NCBI GenBank assembly: GCA_020722965.1
Contig: DYJT01000001.1
Span: forward strand, 41,416-105,415
Reading direction: 5' to 3'
From: Brachyspira murdochii
Lineage (GTDB): Bacteria > Spirochaetota > JAAYUW01
DNA length: 64,000 bases
A program made the position numbers and the translations under genes. The notes beneath the pieces are model-generated. The model was not told where the DNA came from. It made no database searches and saw only the letters and a program-made list of their open reading frames with translations. Positions 1 to 9,942 of the stretch are shown here, piece after piece (position 1 is the first letter of the stretch; every line of letters starts with the position of its first letter).

Positions 1-1182
1 GGTTCATCATCCATTAAGTATCAGGTAATTGATATGGATTCCGAGAAACTTCTGGCAAAAGGTCTTGTCGAAAGAATTGGAGGTGAGGAAACCATATTTA
101 ATTACCAAAAAACCGGTTATGATAAAATTAAAACGGTTTCCCAAAACATCAATTATGAAAAAGCTATAAGTATCGTATTAAACACATTATGTGACAATGA
201 AATTGGGGTATTAAAAGATATACATGATTTAAAAGCTGTTGGTCATAGGGTTGTTCATGGTGGTGAATACTTTTTCGAATCACAGCTTATTGATAACGAA
301 GTCGAAAATAGAATTGAAGAATGCATCGATCTTGCACCATTACATAATCCCGCTAATTTAGAAGGTATAAAAATTTTAAGAAAACTTTTACCCGATGTTC
401 CAAACATTGCGGTCTTTGATACCGCTTTTCACCAGACAATGCCTAAAACCTCCTTTTTGTATGCTATCCCTTACAACCTTTATAATAAATATAAAATTAG
501 AAGATATGGTTTTCATGGTACATCTCACAAATATGTAGCACAGCAAGCAGCCATTAAACTTGGTAAGCCACTTAGTGAGTGTAATTTAATCACATGCCAT
601 TTGGGTAATGGCTGTTCTATAACAGCGATAAAAAATGGTGTTTCTGTTGATACTTCGATGGGTTTCACCCCTTTAGAAGGTTTAATGATGGGGACTAGAT
701 CTGGAGATATCGATCCCTATATTGTCCTATATCTTATGGAAAAAGAAAATCTTTCGATCGAACAGGTTAACTCTCTATTAAATAAACAATCTGGTTTATT
801 GGGTATTTCTGGTATTTCTAATGACATAAGATTTATCTGGGAAGAAGAAAAGAAGGGGAATGAACAGGCAAAGCTAGCTGCAGATATTTTTATTTATAGA
901 TTAAGAAAATATATTGGTTCCTATATGGCAGTTCTTGGAAGAGTCGATGCGATTGTATTCACGGCTGGTATAGGTGAAAATGACGAACATGTTAGAGAAA
1001 GATCATTATCCGGATTAGAAGATTTAGGTATATTATTGGATCTTGAAAAAAATATTGAATTCAACAGAAAAGAAGGAGAAATTTCTAAACCAGAATCAAA
1101 AATTAAAATATATATAATTCCGACAAATGAAGAATTGGCAATTGCAAAAGACACAAAGCGAATAGTAGATTCTTTGAATTAG
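1..1182 (+). CDS. ackA: acetate kinase, 5'-truncated by the window start
   Basis: Frame 1 is open from base 1 and reads GSSSIKYQVID, the acetate kinase N-terminal motif, upstream of the first ATG at 34; typical AckA motifs follow; about 393 aa lie in the window. Confidence 0.85.
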   Translation, partial: GSSSIKYQVIDMDSEKLLAKGLVERIGGEETIFNYQKTGYDKIKTVSQNINYEKAISIVLNTLCDNEIGVLKDIHDLKAVGHRVVHGGEYFFESQLIDNEVENRIEECIDLAPLHNPANLEGIKILRKLLPDVPNIAVFDTAFHQTMPKTSFLYAIPYNLYNKYKIRRYGFHGTSHKYVAQQAAIKLGKPLSECNLITCHLGNGCSITAIKNGVSVDTSMGFTPLEGLMMGTRSGDIDPYIVLYLMEKENLSIEQVNSLLNKQSGLLGISGISNDIRFIWEEEKKGNEQAKLAADIFIYRLRKYIGSYMAVLGRVDAIVFTAGIGENDEHVRERSLSGLEDLGILLDLEKNIEFNRKEGEISKPESKIKIYIIPTNEELAIAKDTKRIVDSLN

Positions 1183-1187
1183 AGAGC

Positions 1188-1215
1188 TTGACAATATTTC
1201 TTTTAATTGTATATT
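1188..1215 (+). promoter_or_regulatory. sigma70-like promoter: TTGACA, 16-nt spacer, TATATT, just upstream of tRNA-Gly
   Basis: TTGACA at 1188-1193 and TATATT at 1210-1215; the tRNA begins about 10 nt downstream. Confidence 0.4.
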
Positions 1216-1225
1216 CTATTTGTAA

Positions 1226-1296
1226 GCGCGAGTAGTTCAGTGGTAGAACATCAGCCTTCCAAGCTGATTATGTGGGTTCGATTCCCATCTCGCGCT
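1226..1296 (+). tRNA. tRNA-Gly (anticodon TCC)
   Basis: Manual cloverleaf: acceptor GCGCGAG/CTCGCGC, D-arm AGTTCAGTGGTAGAAC, anticodon stem TCAGC/GCTGA with loop CTTCCAA, T-loop GGTTCGATTCC; no encoded CCA. Confidence 0.85.
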
Positions 1297-1314
1297 TTTT
1301 TTTATTTTCTTTTT

Positions 1315-2763
1315 TCATTTTCCAAGACAAAATTTTGAAAAAACAAGATCGAAAAGCTCTTTTGAATATTCTTTCCCTGTCAATTCATTTATTTTTAAAT
1401 ATGCGTTTTTTAAATTTTCAGCAGAAATATCAAATAAATTTTTCTCCTTCAAGAATTTTTCTGCTTCGTTAATATAATTTAATACTTCTTCTAATAAGAC
1501 TTTTTGCCTTACAGTTTGAATAAATTCATACCCCCTATCTTCCTGCAAATCAACATTTCCTATAGTTATTTCTAAGCTTTTTTTCAATTTTTCTTCCACA
1601 AATTTTATACCGAAATTATATTCCACAGATATAAATATAAATTCATCAATTAAATTTAATATAAAATCCTTAGTGTTTTTTTCTATTTTATTAGAATTAA
1701 TAATCTCATTTTTAATATTAAGATAATCTAATTTGTTTAAGTTATCTTTCAAATCAATCACTAAATCTATTTTATTTAAAACAACTAAAATCTTTTTTGT
1801 ATAATTCAAAAAAATTTCAATTAACTCTTTATCTACTAAACTATCAACTGCAATTAAAAAGATTATTAAATCTGCATCTTCTATTAGTTTCTTAACTCTT
1901 TTAATTCCTAACTGTTCAATTTTATCATCCGAATTTCGAATACCAGCTGTATCAAAAAGAGAAAGATGAAGATTTCCTAAAAGTAGTTCAGATTCAATAT
2001 AATCTCTTGTTGTACCATGGACATCTGAAACTATAGATCTATCTTCTTTAAGTAATAAATTAAAAAGAGATGATTTACCGCTATTCGTAGGTCCAACAAT
2101 TACTATATTATATCTAGAATGAAGTGAAATACCATAAGATGAATTTTCCAGGATTTTGTCTATCTCTTTTTGTAGTATATCAAATTTTTTATATACTTCT
2201 TTTAACTCTTCATCTTGCGAGTCTAACTCTTCTTCAGGATATTCCAAAGATGCTTCTAAAAAAGAGGAGATACTTAAAATCAGATTCTCAAAATAATTTA
2301 ATTTTTTTGTAAAATCCTTACCAAGATTTTTTGAATTTTCATATGCCTGTTGAGTCTCTGCATTTATCAAGTTATTAATCGCTTCAGCTTGAATTAAATT
2401 CATCTTCCCGTGAATAACAGCAAGTTTTGAAAATTCACCGGGTTCAGCTTCTCTATAACCGAGGGATTCAAGTAATTCATAGATCTCTTTTATCACAAAT
2501 AAAGAGCCATGAACATGTAACTCTATTGTATCTATACCACAATAAGATTTGTCTTTCTCGAAATAGATAAGGATACAATTATCTATAATCTTTTTGTTTT
2601 CTTTATCACCAAATATCTTTATTAAAGTAGCAAATCTCGGTTTTATTGATTTTTTATCAATGAAATCTATTAAATCACCGAGTAGATCTTTTTTCGCGAT
2701 TCTAATTACAGCAATAGCACTTTTAGTATACCCGGTTGCTAAAGCAAAAATACCATTGTTCAT
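1315..2763 (-). CDS. mnmE: tRNA modification GTPase MnmE (TrmE)
   Basis: 482 aa; MnmE-type N-terminus; G-domain GPTNSGKSS and DTAG; C-terminus ends CLGK. Confidence 0.9.
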   Translation of the reverse strand: MNNGIFALATGYTKSAIAVIRIAKKDLLGDLIDFIDKKSIKPRFATLIKIFGDKENKKIIDNCILIYFEKDKSYCGIDTIELHVHGSLFVIKEIYELLESLGYREAEPGEFSKLAVIHGKMNLIQAEAINNLINAETQQAYENSKNLGKDFTKKLNYFENLILSISSFLEASLEYPEEELDSQDEELKEVYKKFDILQKEIDKILENSSYGISLHSRYNIVIVGPTNSGKSSLFNLLLKEDRSIVSDVHGTTRDYIESELLLGNLHLSLFDTAGIRNSDDKIEQLGIKRVKKLIEDADLIIFLIAVDSLVDKELIEIFLNYTKKILVVLNKIDLVIDLKDNLNKLDYLNIKNEIINSNKIEKNTKDFILNLIDEFIFISVEYNFGIKFVEEKLKKSLEITIGNVDLQEDRGYEFIQTVRQKVLLEEVLNYINEAEKFLKEKNLFDISAENLKNAYLKINELTGKEYSKELFDLVFSKFCLGK

Positions 2764-2781
2764 ATTTTAAATAACTTTAAT

Positions 2782-3417
2782 TTAATTATATTTCTTACTG
2801 TTTCTAATGTTCGACTTTAAAATAATTCTAACCCTTTTATATTTAGAATTCCCTTCAGATTCAGTTGTTACATCAGGGTCATCCTGTAAAGTCATGTGTA
2901 TTATTTTCCTTTCATATGAATCTAAAGGATAAAAAACGAAAGTTCGTCTTGTCCTCTTGACTTCTTCGGCTTTTTTTAAGGCTATGCTTTTCAAAAAATT
3001 ATTTCTATGAAGTCGGTAATCTTTGCAATCTAATATTATTCTAGGTTCAAAACCAAAATATTTTTTACCTATTACATTAATGATATCTTGTAATGTTAAT
3101 AATATTTGAGCATTGTTTTTAGCAAAAAATTGATCATTATCTGTTTCGATTTTTACTATAAAATAATTATCATTATATTCCGGATCATAAACTTTACCAT
3201 TAATAGAATATAAATCAAATACTCTATTGAAAAAATCCTCTGCTAAAACTTTTATATCATCTTTTATATCTAGTATATCAGCCTCTATGCATACAGTGGG
3301 TGGATTTTCTTTAAAAATAGTTAAGTTTAATTCTTCCTCATTTTTCTTAAATTTATTTATAGCTAATTTTTTTGCTTCTTCTAATGAATTAGCATTTATA
3401 TATATTCTCTGTGGCAT
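2782..3417 (-). CDS. khpB: Jag/KhpB RNA-binding protein (Jag-N, KH and R3H domains)
   Basis: 211 aa; C-terminal R3H-like region; conserved position between mnmE and yidC. Confidence 0.8.
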   Translation of the reverse strand: MPQRIYINANSLEEAKKLAINKFKKNEEELNLTIFKENPPTVCIEADILDIKDDIKVLAEDFFNRVFDLYSINGKVYDPEYNDNYFIVKIETDNDQFFAKNNAQILLTLQDIINVIGKKYFGFEPRIILDCKDYRLHRNNFLKSIALKKAEEVKRTRRTFVFYPLDSYERKIIHMTLQDDPDVTTESEGNSKYKRVRIILKSNIRNSKKYN

Positions 3418-3438
3418 TAAATTACTCCTTGAAAATTA

Positions 3439-5106
3439 TTATTTATTTTTCAATGCTAATTTTTTCCCCTCAATCACAGAAATAGTTGATGTCTCAATAA
3501 TAGATAAAATATTCAAACATGTCCAATAAAGGATTAATCCACTTGACATGTTGTATAGAACAAAGAAAAACACTATGGGTAATAACCACATCATCATCTT
3601 CGATTGCATCTCTTGCTCTTTGGTTGAGGCTACTTGAGATTTTGATTGAAAGATAGTTTGACCTACTTGTGTAAGCAACATAATAAATGGGAGAAGTCTT
3701 AAATCTGTGCCGAGTAGGGGTATATTAAAAGGTAAATGTAATATGCTATCTCCGATCGATAAATCCTTTATCCATAAAAATGAAGCACCCCTAAGACCCT
3801 GATTGTACATCAGTGCATTGTATAAGGCTATCAAAAATGGAAATTGAAGTAATAAAGGTAAGCAACCAGAAAGAGGATTTATTTTTTCTCTTTTATATAG
3901 TGCTTGCATTTCGATGTTAGCCTTTTGTGGATTATCTTTATATTTTTCCTGTATCTCCTTAATCTGTGGATTAAGTTGAGAAATTTTCTTCATCGAAATA
4001 GTCGATTGCCTTGTAAGAGGGAATAATATGGCTTTAATTATCAATGCTAATATGATTATAGAGATACCCCAATTTTTAAGTATAGAAAATAACCATCCTA
4101 AAAGATATTCAAAACCTATTACGATAGGATTTAATATACCAAATCTATCGACTATAGCAGAAAAGTTTTTATTATAACTTGTTAAAATTTTTCTATCTTT
4201 AGGTAAAGTATAAAAATTAAATTTATAGGTATTATCTACAAGATCTAAAGATGTTGATTTAATCAATAGAGTTTGTGTGTTTTCTGGATTTAAAAAAACT
4301 AGACCGTTTGAATTATTGGCATTAGCCTTTTCAATAATAATTGAAAAATAAAGATTCTGGATATTAACCCAATCAAAGTCAGCTATTTGAGAAGCAGCCT
4401 TTTTCGAAATCTTTACAGGCTTATATTTCTTTGCAAAATTATAAAAGATTTCCTGTTTATTGTTTTTATTAGATAATATATTTACAGGACCAAGTTTTCC
4501 ATCAAATGAAAAAAGAGAAAAATTATAATTTAACTTTGGAATATTATTCTGTAAACCTTTAATCGAAATAGAAATAGAATATTTATAATCACTAACTCTT
4601 TCGATTATCTTTTCAATTTCACAATTTTTCCCTGCTAAATCGATAAATTGCTTTTTTAATACTATCTTTCTGTCATCATTAGTTATTAATTGAAAGTCAA
4701 CCGGTTTAATAAACGAAACCAATCCTTCATCAATATTAACAATATCTGTAGAAAATATAGAATTTTTTTCAGGATCTATAACCAGTTCCTCCGAATTTCT
4801 CATCCCAATATTATAGAATTCGCCGCCCAAACTTGCAATTGTTATAGTAAGATTATTATTTTGCAATGTTGAAATCTTATTTTCATTAGTTTGAATTAAT
4901 AAACTATCGACATCTGAATTAGATGTAGAAGTGCTAGAAAGTGTATCTTCTTTGTTTAATTGCTCATTGACAGGAGTTTCGACTATTTTTGTTTGAGTAA
5001 TATTTTGATTTTGATTTAAATTCACATATTTAGGATAAATGAAATAATAATAACCAATTATAAACAAAAAGGTAACGATTAAAAATATTATCTGATTTTT
5101 ATCCAT
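3439..5106 (-). CDS. yidC: membrane protein insertase YidC
   Basis: 555 aa; N-terminal TM helix, periplasmic domain, and a conserved C-terminal YidC/Oxa1 core (PLLLQFPFLIALY and others). Confidence 0.9.
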   Translation of the reverse strand: MDKNQIIFLIVTFLFIIGYYYFIYPKYVNLNQNQNITQTKIVETPVNEQLNKEDTLSSTSTSNSDVDSLLIQTNENKISTLQNNNLTITIASLGGEFYNIGMRNSEELVIDPEKNSIFSTDIVNIDEGLVSFIKPVDFQLITNDDRKIVLKKQFIDLAGKNCEIEKIIERVSDYKYSISISIKGLQNNIPKLNYNFSLFSFDGKLGPVNILSNKNNKQEIFYNFAKKYKPVKISKKAASQIADFDWVNIQNLYFSIIIEKANANNSNGLVFLNPENTQTLLIKSTSLDLVDNTYKFNFYTLPKDRKILTSYNKNFSAIVDRFGILNPIVIGFEYLLGWLFSILKNWGISIIILALIIKAILFPLTRQSTISMKKISQLNPQIKEIQEKYKDNPQKANIEMQALYKREKINPLSGCLPLLLQFPFLIALYNALMYNQGLRGASFLWIKDLSIGDSILHLPFNIPLLGTDLRLLPFIMLLTQVGQTIFQSKSQVASTKEQEMQSKMMMWLLPIVFFFVLYNMSSGLILYWTCLNILSIIETSTISVIEGKKLALKNK

Positions 5107-5440
5107 TTACACTCCTTGAAAATCTTTTCTTAAAAGAGATGATTTTTTTAAAACTAAAATTTTCTGGTAATGGATCGTAACCACCTTTAAAAAATGGATT
5201 GCATCTTAATATTCTTTTAGTAGAAAGAAAAGTTGCTGCAAAAAAATCATATTTTTTATAAGCACTTAATGCATAATTAGAGCAAGAGGGGATATGCCTG
5301 CAAGATGAAGGTAAAATTGGTGAAATCAGTAATTGATAAAATTTAATTAAAAAAATTGCAATAAAATTAAAAAATTTACCTATAGTTTTTATTAATAAAT
5401 GAAATAACTTCACTCGCTGCATCAAAATAAATACCACCAC
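5099..5440 (-). CDS. yidD: membrane protein insertion efficiency factor YidD; true start probably at an internal Met near 5422
   Basis: YidD core motif YQxxISPxLPxSCRxxPSCSxYA...RILRCNP; overlaps the 3' end of rnpA, as is common. Confidence 0.7.
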   Translation of the reverse strand: MVVFILMQRVKLFHLLIKTIGKFFNFIAIFLIKFYQLLISPILPSSCRHIPSCSNYALSAYKKYDFFAATFLSTKRILRCNPFFKGGYDPLPENFSFKKIISFKKRFSRSVNG

Positions 5441-5696
5441 TTTCTTTAATTATAATAAAAGCATTTCCACCCTTTTTAAACAATAAACGATTTTGGTAAA
5501 TAATCGATCTGATCCATCTTTTTTCTTTATTTCTACAAAAAGCCTTCCCGACTCTTTTAGAAATAGATATTGCATAATAAAAATCATCTGCATCTTCTGA
5601 AAAATAAAATTTATATTTTTTTGTTTTATATACAGAACCTGTAGATAGTAGTTTTTTAATAATTCTTGGGTTTTTTAATTTTTTTATCTCTACCAC
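5376..5696 (-). CDS. rnpA: ribonuclease P protein component (GTG start)
   Basis: 106 aa, basic; RnpA-like KRxxxKAxxRNKxKRWIR motif; sits between rpmH and yidD. Confidence 0.8.
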   Translation of the reverse strand: MVEIKKLKNPRIIKKLLSTGSVYKTKKYKFYFSEDADDFYYAISISKRVGKAFCRNKEKRWIRSIIYQNRLLFKKGGNAFIIIKESGGIYFDAASEVISFINKNYR

Positions 5697-5851
5697 TTTT
5701 TAGCTTTTCTAAAATCACCTACAGTCAATAATTTTCTACCATTTCTTCTTCTTCTAGAAAGCACTTTTCTACCATCGGCTGTTTTCATTCTTTCTCTAAA
5801 ACCATGAGTTCTTTTTCTTCTTAAATTGTGTGGTTGAAATGTTCTTTTCAT
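5690..5851 (-). CDS. rpmH: 50S ribosomal protein L34 (53 aa; absent from the ORF track because it is under 60 aa)
   Basis: Manual translation gives [53 protein letters not shown]; GGAG lies 9 nt upstream of the ATG; the stop overlaps the rnpA start by 7 nt. Confidence 0.85.
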   Translation of the reverse strand: MKRTFQPHNLRRKRTHGFRERMKTADGRKVLSRRRRNGRKLLTVGDFRKAKKW

Positions 5852-6152
5852 ATATCTAACTCCATTAAAAAATTATAATTGCCAAAACAATATAGTGAAA
5901 TTATCGTTTTTATTGTGCTTGTTAAAATAATAAATAATAACTCATAGTCAAGAAAAATTAATTTTTAATTGATTTTTTTTTTTTTGCGATTTATTATTCA
6001 TTTACAATTAATTGTAGGCAAAAGCATATAAATTATAGCATCCATTTAGATTTATTATAATTTAATTTTTGCATTTATAGCATTTATAGTTTTAAATTTA
6101 TATAATTAAATTTTTACGGTTAAAGATTTAAATTTATTCAAAAGGAATTTCT
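5852..6152. other. AT-rich rpmH-dnaA intergenic region; candidate oriC/DUE
   Basis: 301 bp non-coding at the rpmH(-)/dnaA(+) strand switch; T12 homopolymer at 5974-5985; tandem decamer GCATTTATAG twice at 6071-6090; no perfect TTATCCACA box seen. Confidence 0.4.
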
Positions 6153-7556
6153 ATGATCAATAAAAAAGTGTGGGATGATATATTATTATATCTGGTTTCA
6201 AAAGAAATTATAAATGATGTCTCTTATAATATCTGGCTTAAAGATCTTCCGATTGAATTTCAAGATTCAAATGTAATTATCACCTTTACAAACAATCTGG
6301 CAAAAGAGAAATTTAATTCTACCTTTGCTGATATTATTAAAAAAACCCTTTTCGATTTTAACCAAGAAGAAATTTCTTTTATTTATAAAATTAAAGATGA
6401 AGAAAAAGATAATGTTGAGAATTTAACCGAAAAAACACCAAAAGAAAGTCAAAAAAAGAAAACTCAAAAAGAATCGAGCTTACCACAACAAAGTTTAAAA
6501 GACTCATTTAATTACAATCAGATTAATTATTTGAATCCAAGATATACATTTGAAAATTTTGTTATTGGAAAAAACAATCAATTTTGTGCTGCTGCAGCTT
6601 TAAGAGTTGCTCAAGCTCCTGGACAACAAATGAATCCCCTATTTATTTATGGAGGTGTCGGACTCGGTAAAACCCATATTTTACAGGCAATAGCAAATCA
6701 TATTATCGCAAATAAAAGCAATTTGAACATTTTATATATGCATGTCGAACAATTTATAGATGAATTTATCTCTTCGTTAAAAAACGAAAAAGTAAATTCT
6801 TTTAGAATGAAATTCAGGCATGCAGATATTTTACTTCTTGATGATGTTCAATATCTAGAACAAAAAGATGCATCTATGGAAATGTTCTTTCATACCTTTA
6901 ATTTTCTCTATCAAGCGCAAAAGCAAATGGTTTTTACATGTGATAAACCTCCAAAAGATTTAAAAGATTTTGAAGAGAGAATCAGAAATAGAATGGAATG
7001 GGGTTTAACCGTTCAAATAACTCCGCCAGATTATGAAACCAGAGTTGCTATTCTACAAAAAATGTGTGATTATGAAAAAAGAAAGGTTGATGAAAAAATT
7101 TTGCATTTTATCGCTAAAAATGTCAAATCTTCCATCAGGGAACTTGAATCAGCATTAATTAAAGTCATTGCTTATTGCGACATCTTTAAAATCGACATCA
7201 ATTCATTAGGTTTAGAACAGGCAAAAGAGATTTTAAAAGATCAGTTCAAATATATTGATGAAACTAAAATAATACAAATTGATGATATAATCAGAAAAGT
7301 TGCCGAAACATTTAAAATTTCCTCTTATGACATAAAATCTAAAAAAAGAAATCAATCTATTTCCAGAGCTAGAAATATTGCGATGTATTTATGCAGAGAA
7401 TTAACATCGGCAAGTACAACAGAAATAGGTTTATCTTTTGGCGGAAAAGACCATACAACAATTATTCACGCTTGTAAGAAAATTTCAGATTTAATAAAGG
7501 ACGATGAACTTTTAAGAATTTCTATTGAAGGAATTATTAAAGATTTAACTTCTTAA
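6153..7556 (+). CDS. dnaA: chromosomal replication initiator DnaA
   Basis: 467 aa; AAA+ Walker A GVGLGKTHIL, sensor motifs, C-terminal DnaA signature helix (HTTI, ISRARNIAMYLCRELT). Confidence 0.95.
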   Translation: MINKKVWDDILLYLVSKEIINDVSYNIWLKDLPIEFQDSNVIITFTNNLAKEKFNSTFADIIKKTLFDFNQEEISFIYKIKDEEKDNVENLTEKTPKESQKKKTQKESSLPQQSLKDSFNYNQINYLNPRYTFENFVIGKNNQFCAAAALRVAQAPGQQMNPLFIYGGVGLGKTHILQAIANHIIANKSNLNILYMHVEQFIDEFISSLKNEKVNSFRMKFRHADILLLDDVQYLEQKDASMEMFFHTFNFLYQAQKQMVFTCDKPPKDLKDFEERIRNRMEWGLTVQITPPDYETRVAILQKMCDYEKRKVDEKILHFIAKNVKSSIRELESALIKVIAYCDIFKIDINSLGLEQAKEILKDQFKYIDETKIIQIDDIIRKVAETFKISSYDIKSKKRNQSISRARNIAMYLCRELTSASTTEIGLSFGGKDHTTIIHACKKISDLIKDDELLRISIEGIIKDLTS

Positions 7557-7828
7557 ATTATTCCCATTTTTCAATAATTTAATTTTGAAAATTGTGAATA
7601 AAATGAAAATTAAATTAAAAATTTTTTATTTTAATATATGTTATGAAAGATGTTTATAAACTAACTGTTTTATTCATTCTGTAAGTTATGGTAAAGTATA
7701 TGATTATTGAAATTATTAACTTATTAACATGCCTTATTAAAATTATTAATTCTATATAAATAATTAAATAAATATTAAAGTATATTGAAAATTGAGTTTT
7801 GCAAAAAATAAAAATTCTAGGAGAACTT
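7557..7828. other. AT-rich dnaA-dnaN intergenic region; second oriC candidate
   Basis: About 270 bp non-coding; DnaA-box-like TGTGAATAA at 7592-7600; repeated ATTATTAA words. Confidence 0.35.
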
Positions 7829-8935
7829 ATGGAATTTAGTATCGAAAAATTCAAGATTGCCGAATTAATATCTCAAGCAGATTCAGTTATCGAGCAAAAA
7901 AGTTTTTCATTGGTTTATTCAAATCTATTATTGGAAGCAGAAGAAGGTAAGATAATTATATCTGCTACAGATTCCGTTACTTTTTTTAAGGCTTTCGATA
8001 ATGCCGATGTAAAAGAAAAAGGAAAAACACTATTAAATGCAAAAAAACTCTTTGATATTGTTCGATCTGTTCCTGATACAACATTATTTTTCAAAACAAA
8101 TGAAAATAATGAAATCACTATTTTTTCGGAAAATCACTCATTTGAGTTTAATTTAAAAACGATGGATTACACCGAATTTAATATCTCTTTTGATATCTCC
8201 TTCGAGAATAGTTTCGAGGTAGATTTTAATATTTTTAAAGACATGATTCAAAAAACCATATTTTCAGTATCAGAAGAGGCAGATAAACAATTTTCTACTG
8301 CTGGTATTTTGGTAGAAAAAAAGGGTCATAAATTAAATATAGTGGCAACTGATAAAAAAAGATTAGCCGTATGTAAAAGTTTTGAAGATCTCCCAGATTT
8401 TATTTCTATTATTCCTAAAAAGATGATGCAAATAATTTTAAAAGTTCGTTCTATAAATGATAAACTCAAGATTTCTTTAACAGAAAAAAGATTTAGTATA
8501 GAAATTGGTGAAACACAATATATGTGTATTCTATTAGAACCTAAGTTTCCCAATTATAGGGCATTAATTCAGGATAACTTTACATATATATCAATTATAG
8601 AAAAAGAATTATTCAATCAAAATTTAAAGATGATATCCTCGATGTTCTCTTCTGAAGATACAATTATTATTAGAATGGAAAAAAATAATATGTTTATCTC
8701 TAATTTAGAGACAGATATTGGTAAAGGTAAGGTTCATTTCGATATCGATTATGATAATGAACCAATCGAATTTGCTGTATCTTATAAAAATATTGCAGAT
8801 TTTACGAGAGTTATAAACTCATCAAGATTTAAGCTTTGTTTTAATAATCCTCAAAAAGCAATATTTTTCATACCTTTTGATGATGAAGCAAAGGAATACA
8901 ATTATATTTTTATTACTGTTCCCGTTAAGATTTAA
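7829..8935 (+). CDS. dnaN: DNA polymerase III beta sliding clamp (track ORF starts at 7799; AGGAG-preceded ATG at 7829 preferred)
   Basis: About 369 aa; position directly after dnaA; three-domain-sized protein; 1-nt overlap (TAATG) with recF. Confidence 0.85.
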   Translation: MEFSIEKFKIAELISQADSVIEQKSFSLVYSNLLLEAEEGKIIISATDSVTFFKAFDNADVKEKGKTLLNAKKLFDIVRSVPDTTLFFKTNENNEITIFSENHSFEFNLKTMDYTEFNISFDISFENSFEVDFNIFKDMIQKTIFSVSEEADKQFSTAGILVEKKGHKLNIVATDKKRLAVCKSFEDLPDFISIIPKKMMQIILKVRSINDKLKISLTEKRFSIEIGETQYMCILLEPKFPNYRALIQDNFTYISIIEKELFNQNLKMISSMFSSEDTIIIRMEKNNMFISNLETDIGKGKVHFDIDYDNEPIEFAVSYKNIADFTRVINSSRFKLCFNNPQKAIFFIPFDDEAKEYNYIFITVPVKI

Positions 8936-9942
8936 TGGATTTTATTATTGAAATATATAATTTCCGTTTATTTGGTCATTTAAATTTTGTATTAAAAGAA
9001 CCAATTAATTTTGTTATTGGTGAAAATAAAACAGGAAAAAGCTCAATATTAGAATCTATCTTTATTTTAAAAACAGGTAGAAGTTATAGAACTAATTCAT
9101 TGAGTAATTGCATTAAAAATGAAGAAAAATTTTTTAGCATAGAATTAAAATCAGGTTATATAGAAAAACTTATTTATACCGATCAAGGTGTTAAATCATA
9201 TTTTAAAGATGATAGAAAAGAAAAACAAAAATTATTAAATCCTAAAATATTTATTTTATACAACAAGAATATTTTTAATTTTATTTTCTACAGAAATTTT
9301 CGAAGAAGGACATTAGATGAACTTATTTCCAATGTTGATTCATCTTATTTCTTTAATCTAATAAACTATAAAAAACTAACAGAGAAAAAAAGGGAAATTA
9401 TCTATTCAAAAATTGAAAATAGTTTAAAAATAAAGCTTTATGAACAAATAGTTTGCGATCTTGCTGCTTACACTCATTACATAGTCAATAAAAGAGATGA
9501 AATAATCAAAAGATGTAAGGAATTTTTATTACAAAACTCATTTTATAACATAGAATATTTTTCTAAATTTAAAAATCTGACAGATCAAAATATAATTGAT
9601 ATTTATTTAAAAAACTTTTCTTTTGAAATTCAGAGCAAGAAATATATTGGTCCCCATAATGATTATTATACTCTGTTTGATAAAAATAAGAATCTTATTG
9701 AAAATGGAGCAAGTTCAGATTTTTATAATTTTTACTTTTTTCTTCATCTTTTTTTCATATTGATAAACAAAAAAGAAAATAATATAGATCCAATTGTTTT
9801 ATTTGACGACTTTTTCTTACCATTAGATTTAAAATCTTCTCAAAATTTATTATCTTTTTTCGATGAAAAGGATCTTTTAGTTATTGCTCAGCATGAATTT
9901 ATTAATATTGAAAATAAAAATTATACTATAATTAAATTATGA
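8935..9942 (+). CDS. recF: DNA replication and repair protein RecF
   Basis: 335 aa; Walker A GENKTGKSSILESI; lies between dnaN and gyrB. Confidence 0.85.
   Translation: MDFIIEIYNFRLFGHLNFVLKEPINFVIGENKTGKSSILESIFILKTGRSYRTNSLSNCIKNEEKFFSIELKSGYIEKLIYTDQGVKSYFKDDRKEKQKLLNPKIFILYNKNIFNFIFYRNFRRRTLDELISNVDSSYFFNLINYKKLTEKKREIIYSKIENSLKIKLYEQIVCDLAAYTHYIVNKRDEIIKRCKEFLLQNSFYNIEYFSKFKNLTDQNIIDIYLKNFSFEIQSKKYIGPHNDYYTLFDKNKNLIENGASSDFYNFYFFLHLFFILINKKENNIDPIVLFDDFFLPLDLKSSQNLLSFFDEKDLLVIAQHEFINIENKNYTIIKL

Noticed and set aside
1272-1472. 66-aa plus-strand ORF
   Set aside because: It overlaps the 3' part of tRNA-Gly(TCC) and runs antisense through the 3' end of mnmE; low-complexity F/L-rich translation; no RBS.
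7654-7854. 66-aa minus-strand ORF in the dnaA-dnaN intergenic region
   Set aside because: It is an I/L/N/Y-rich translation of AT-rich candidate origin DNA with no RBS and overlaps the dnaN start; considered noise.
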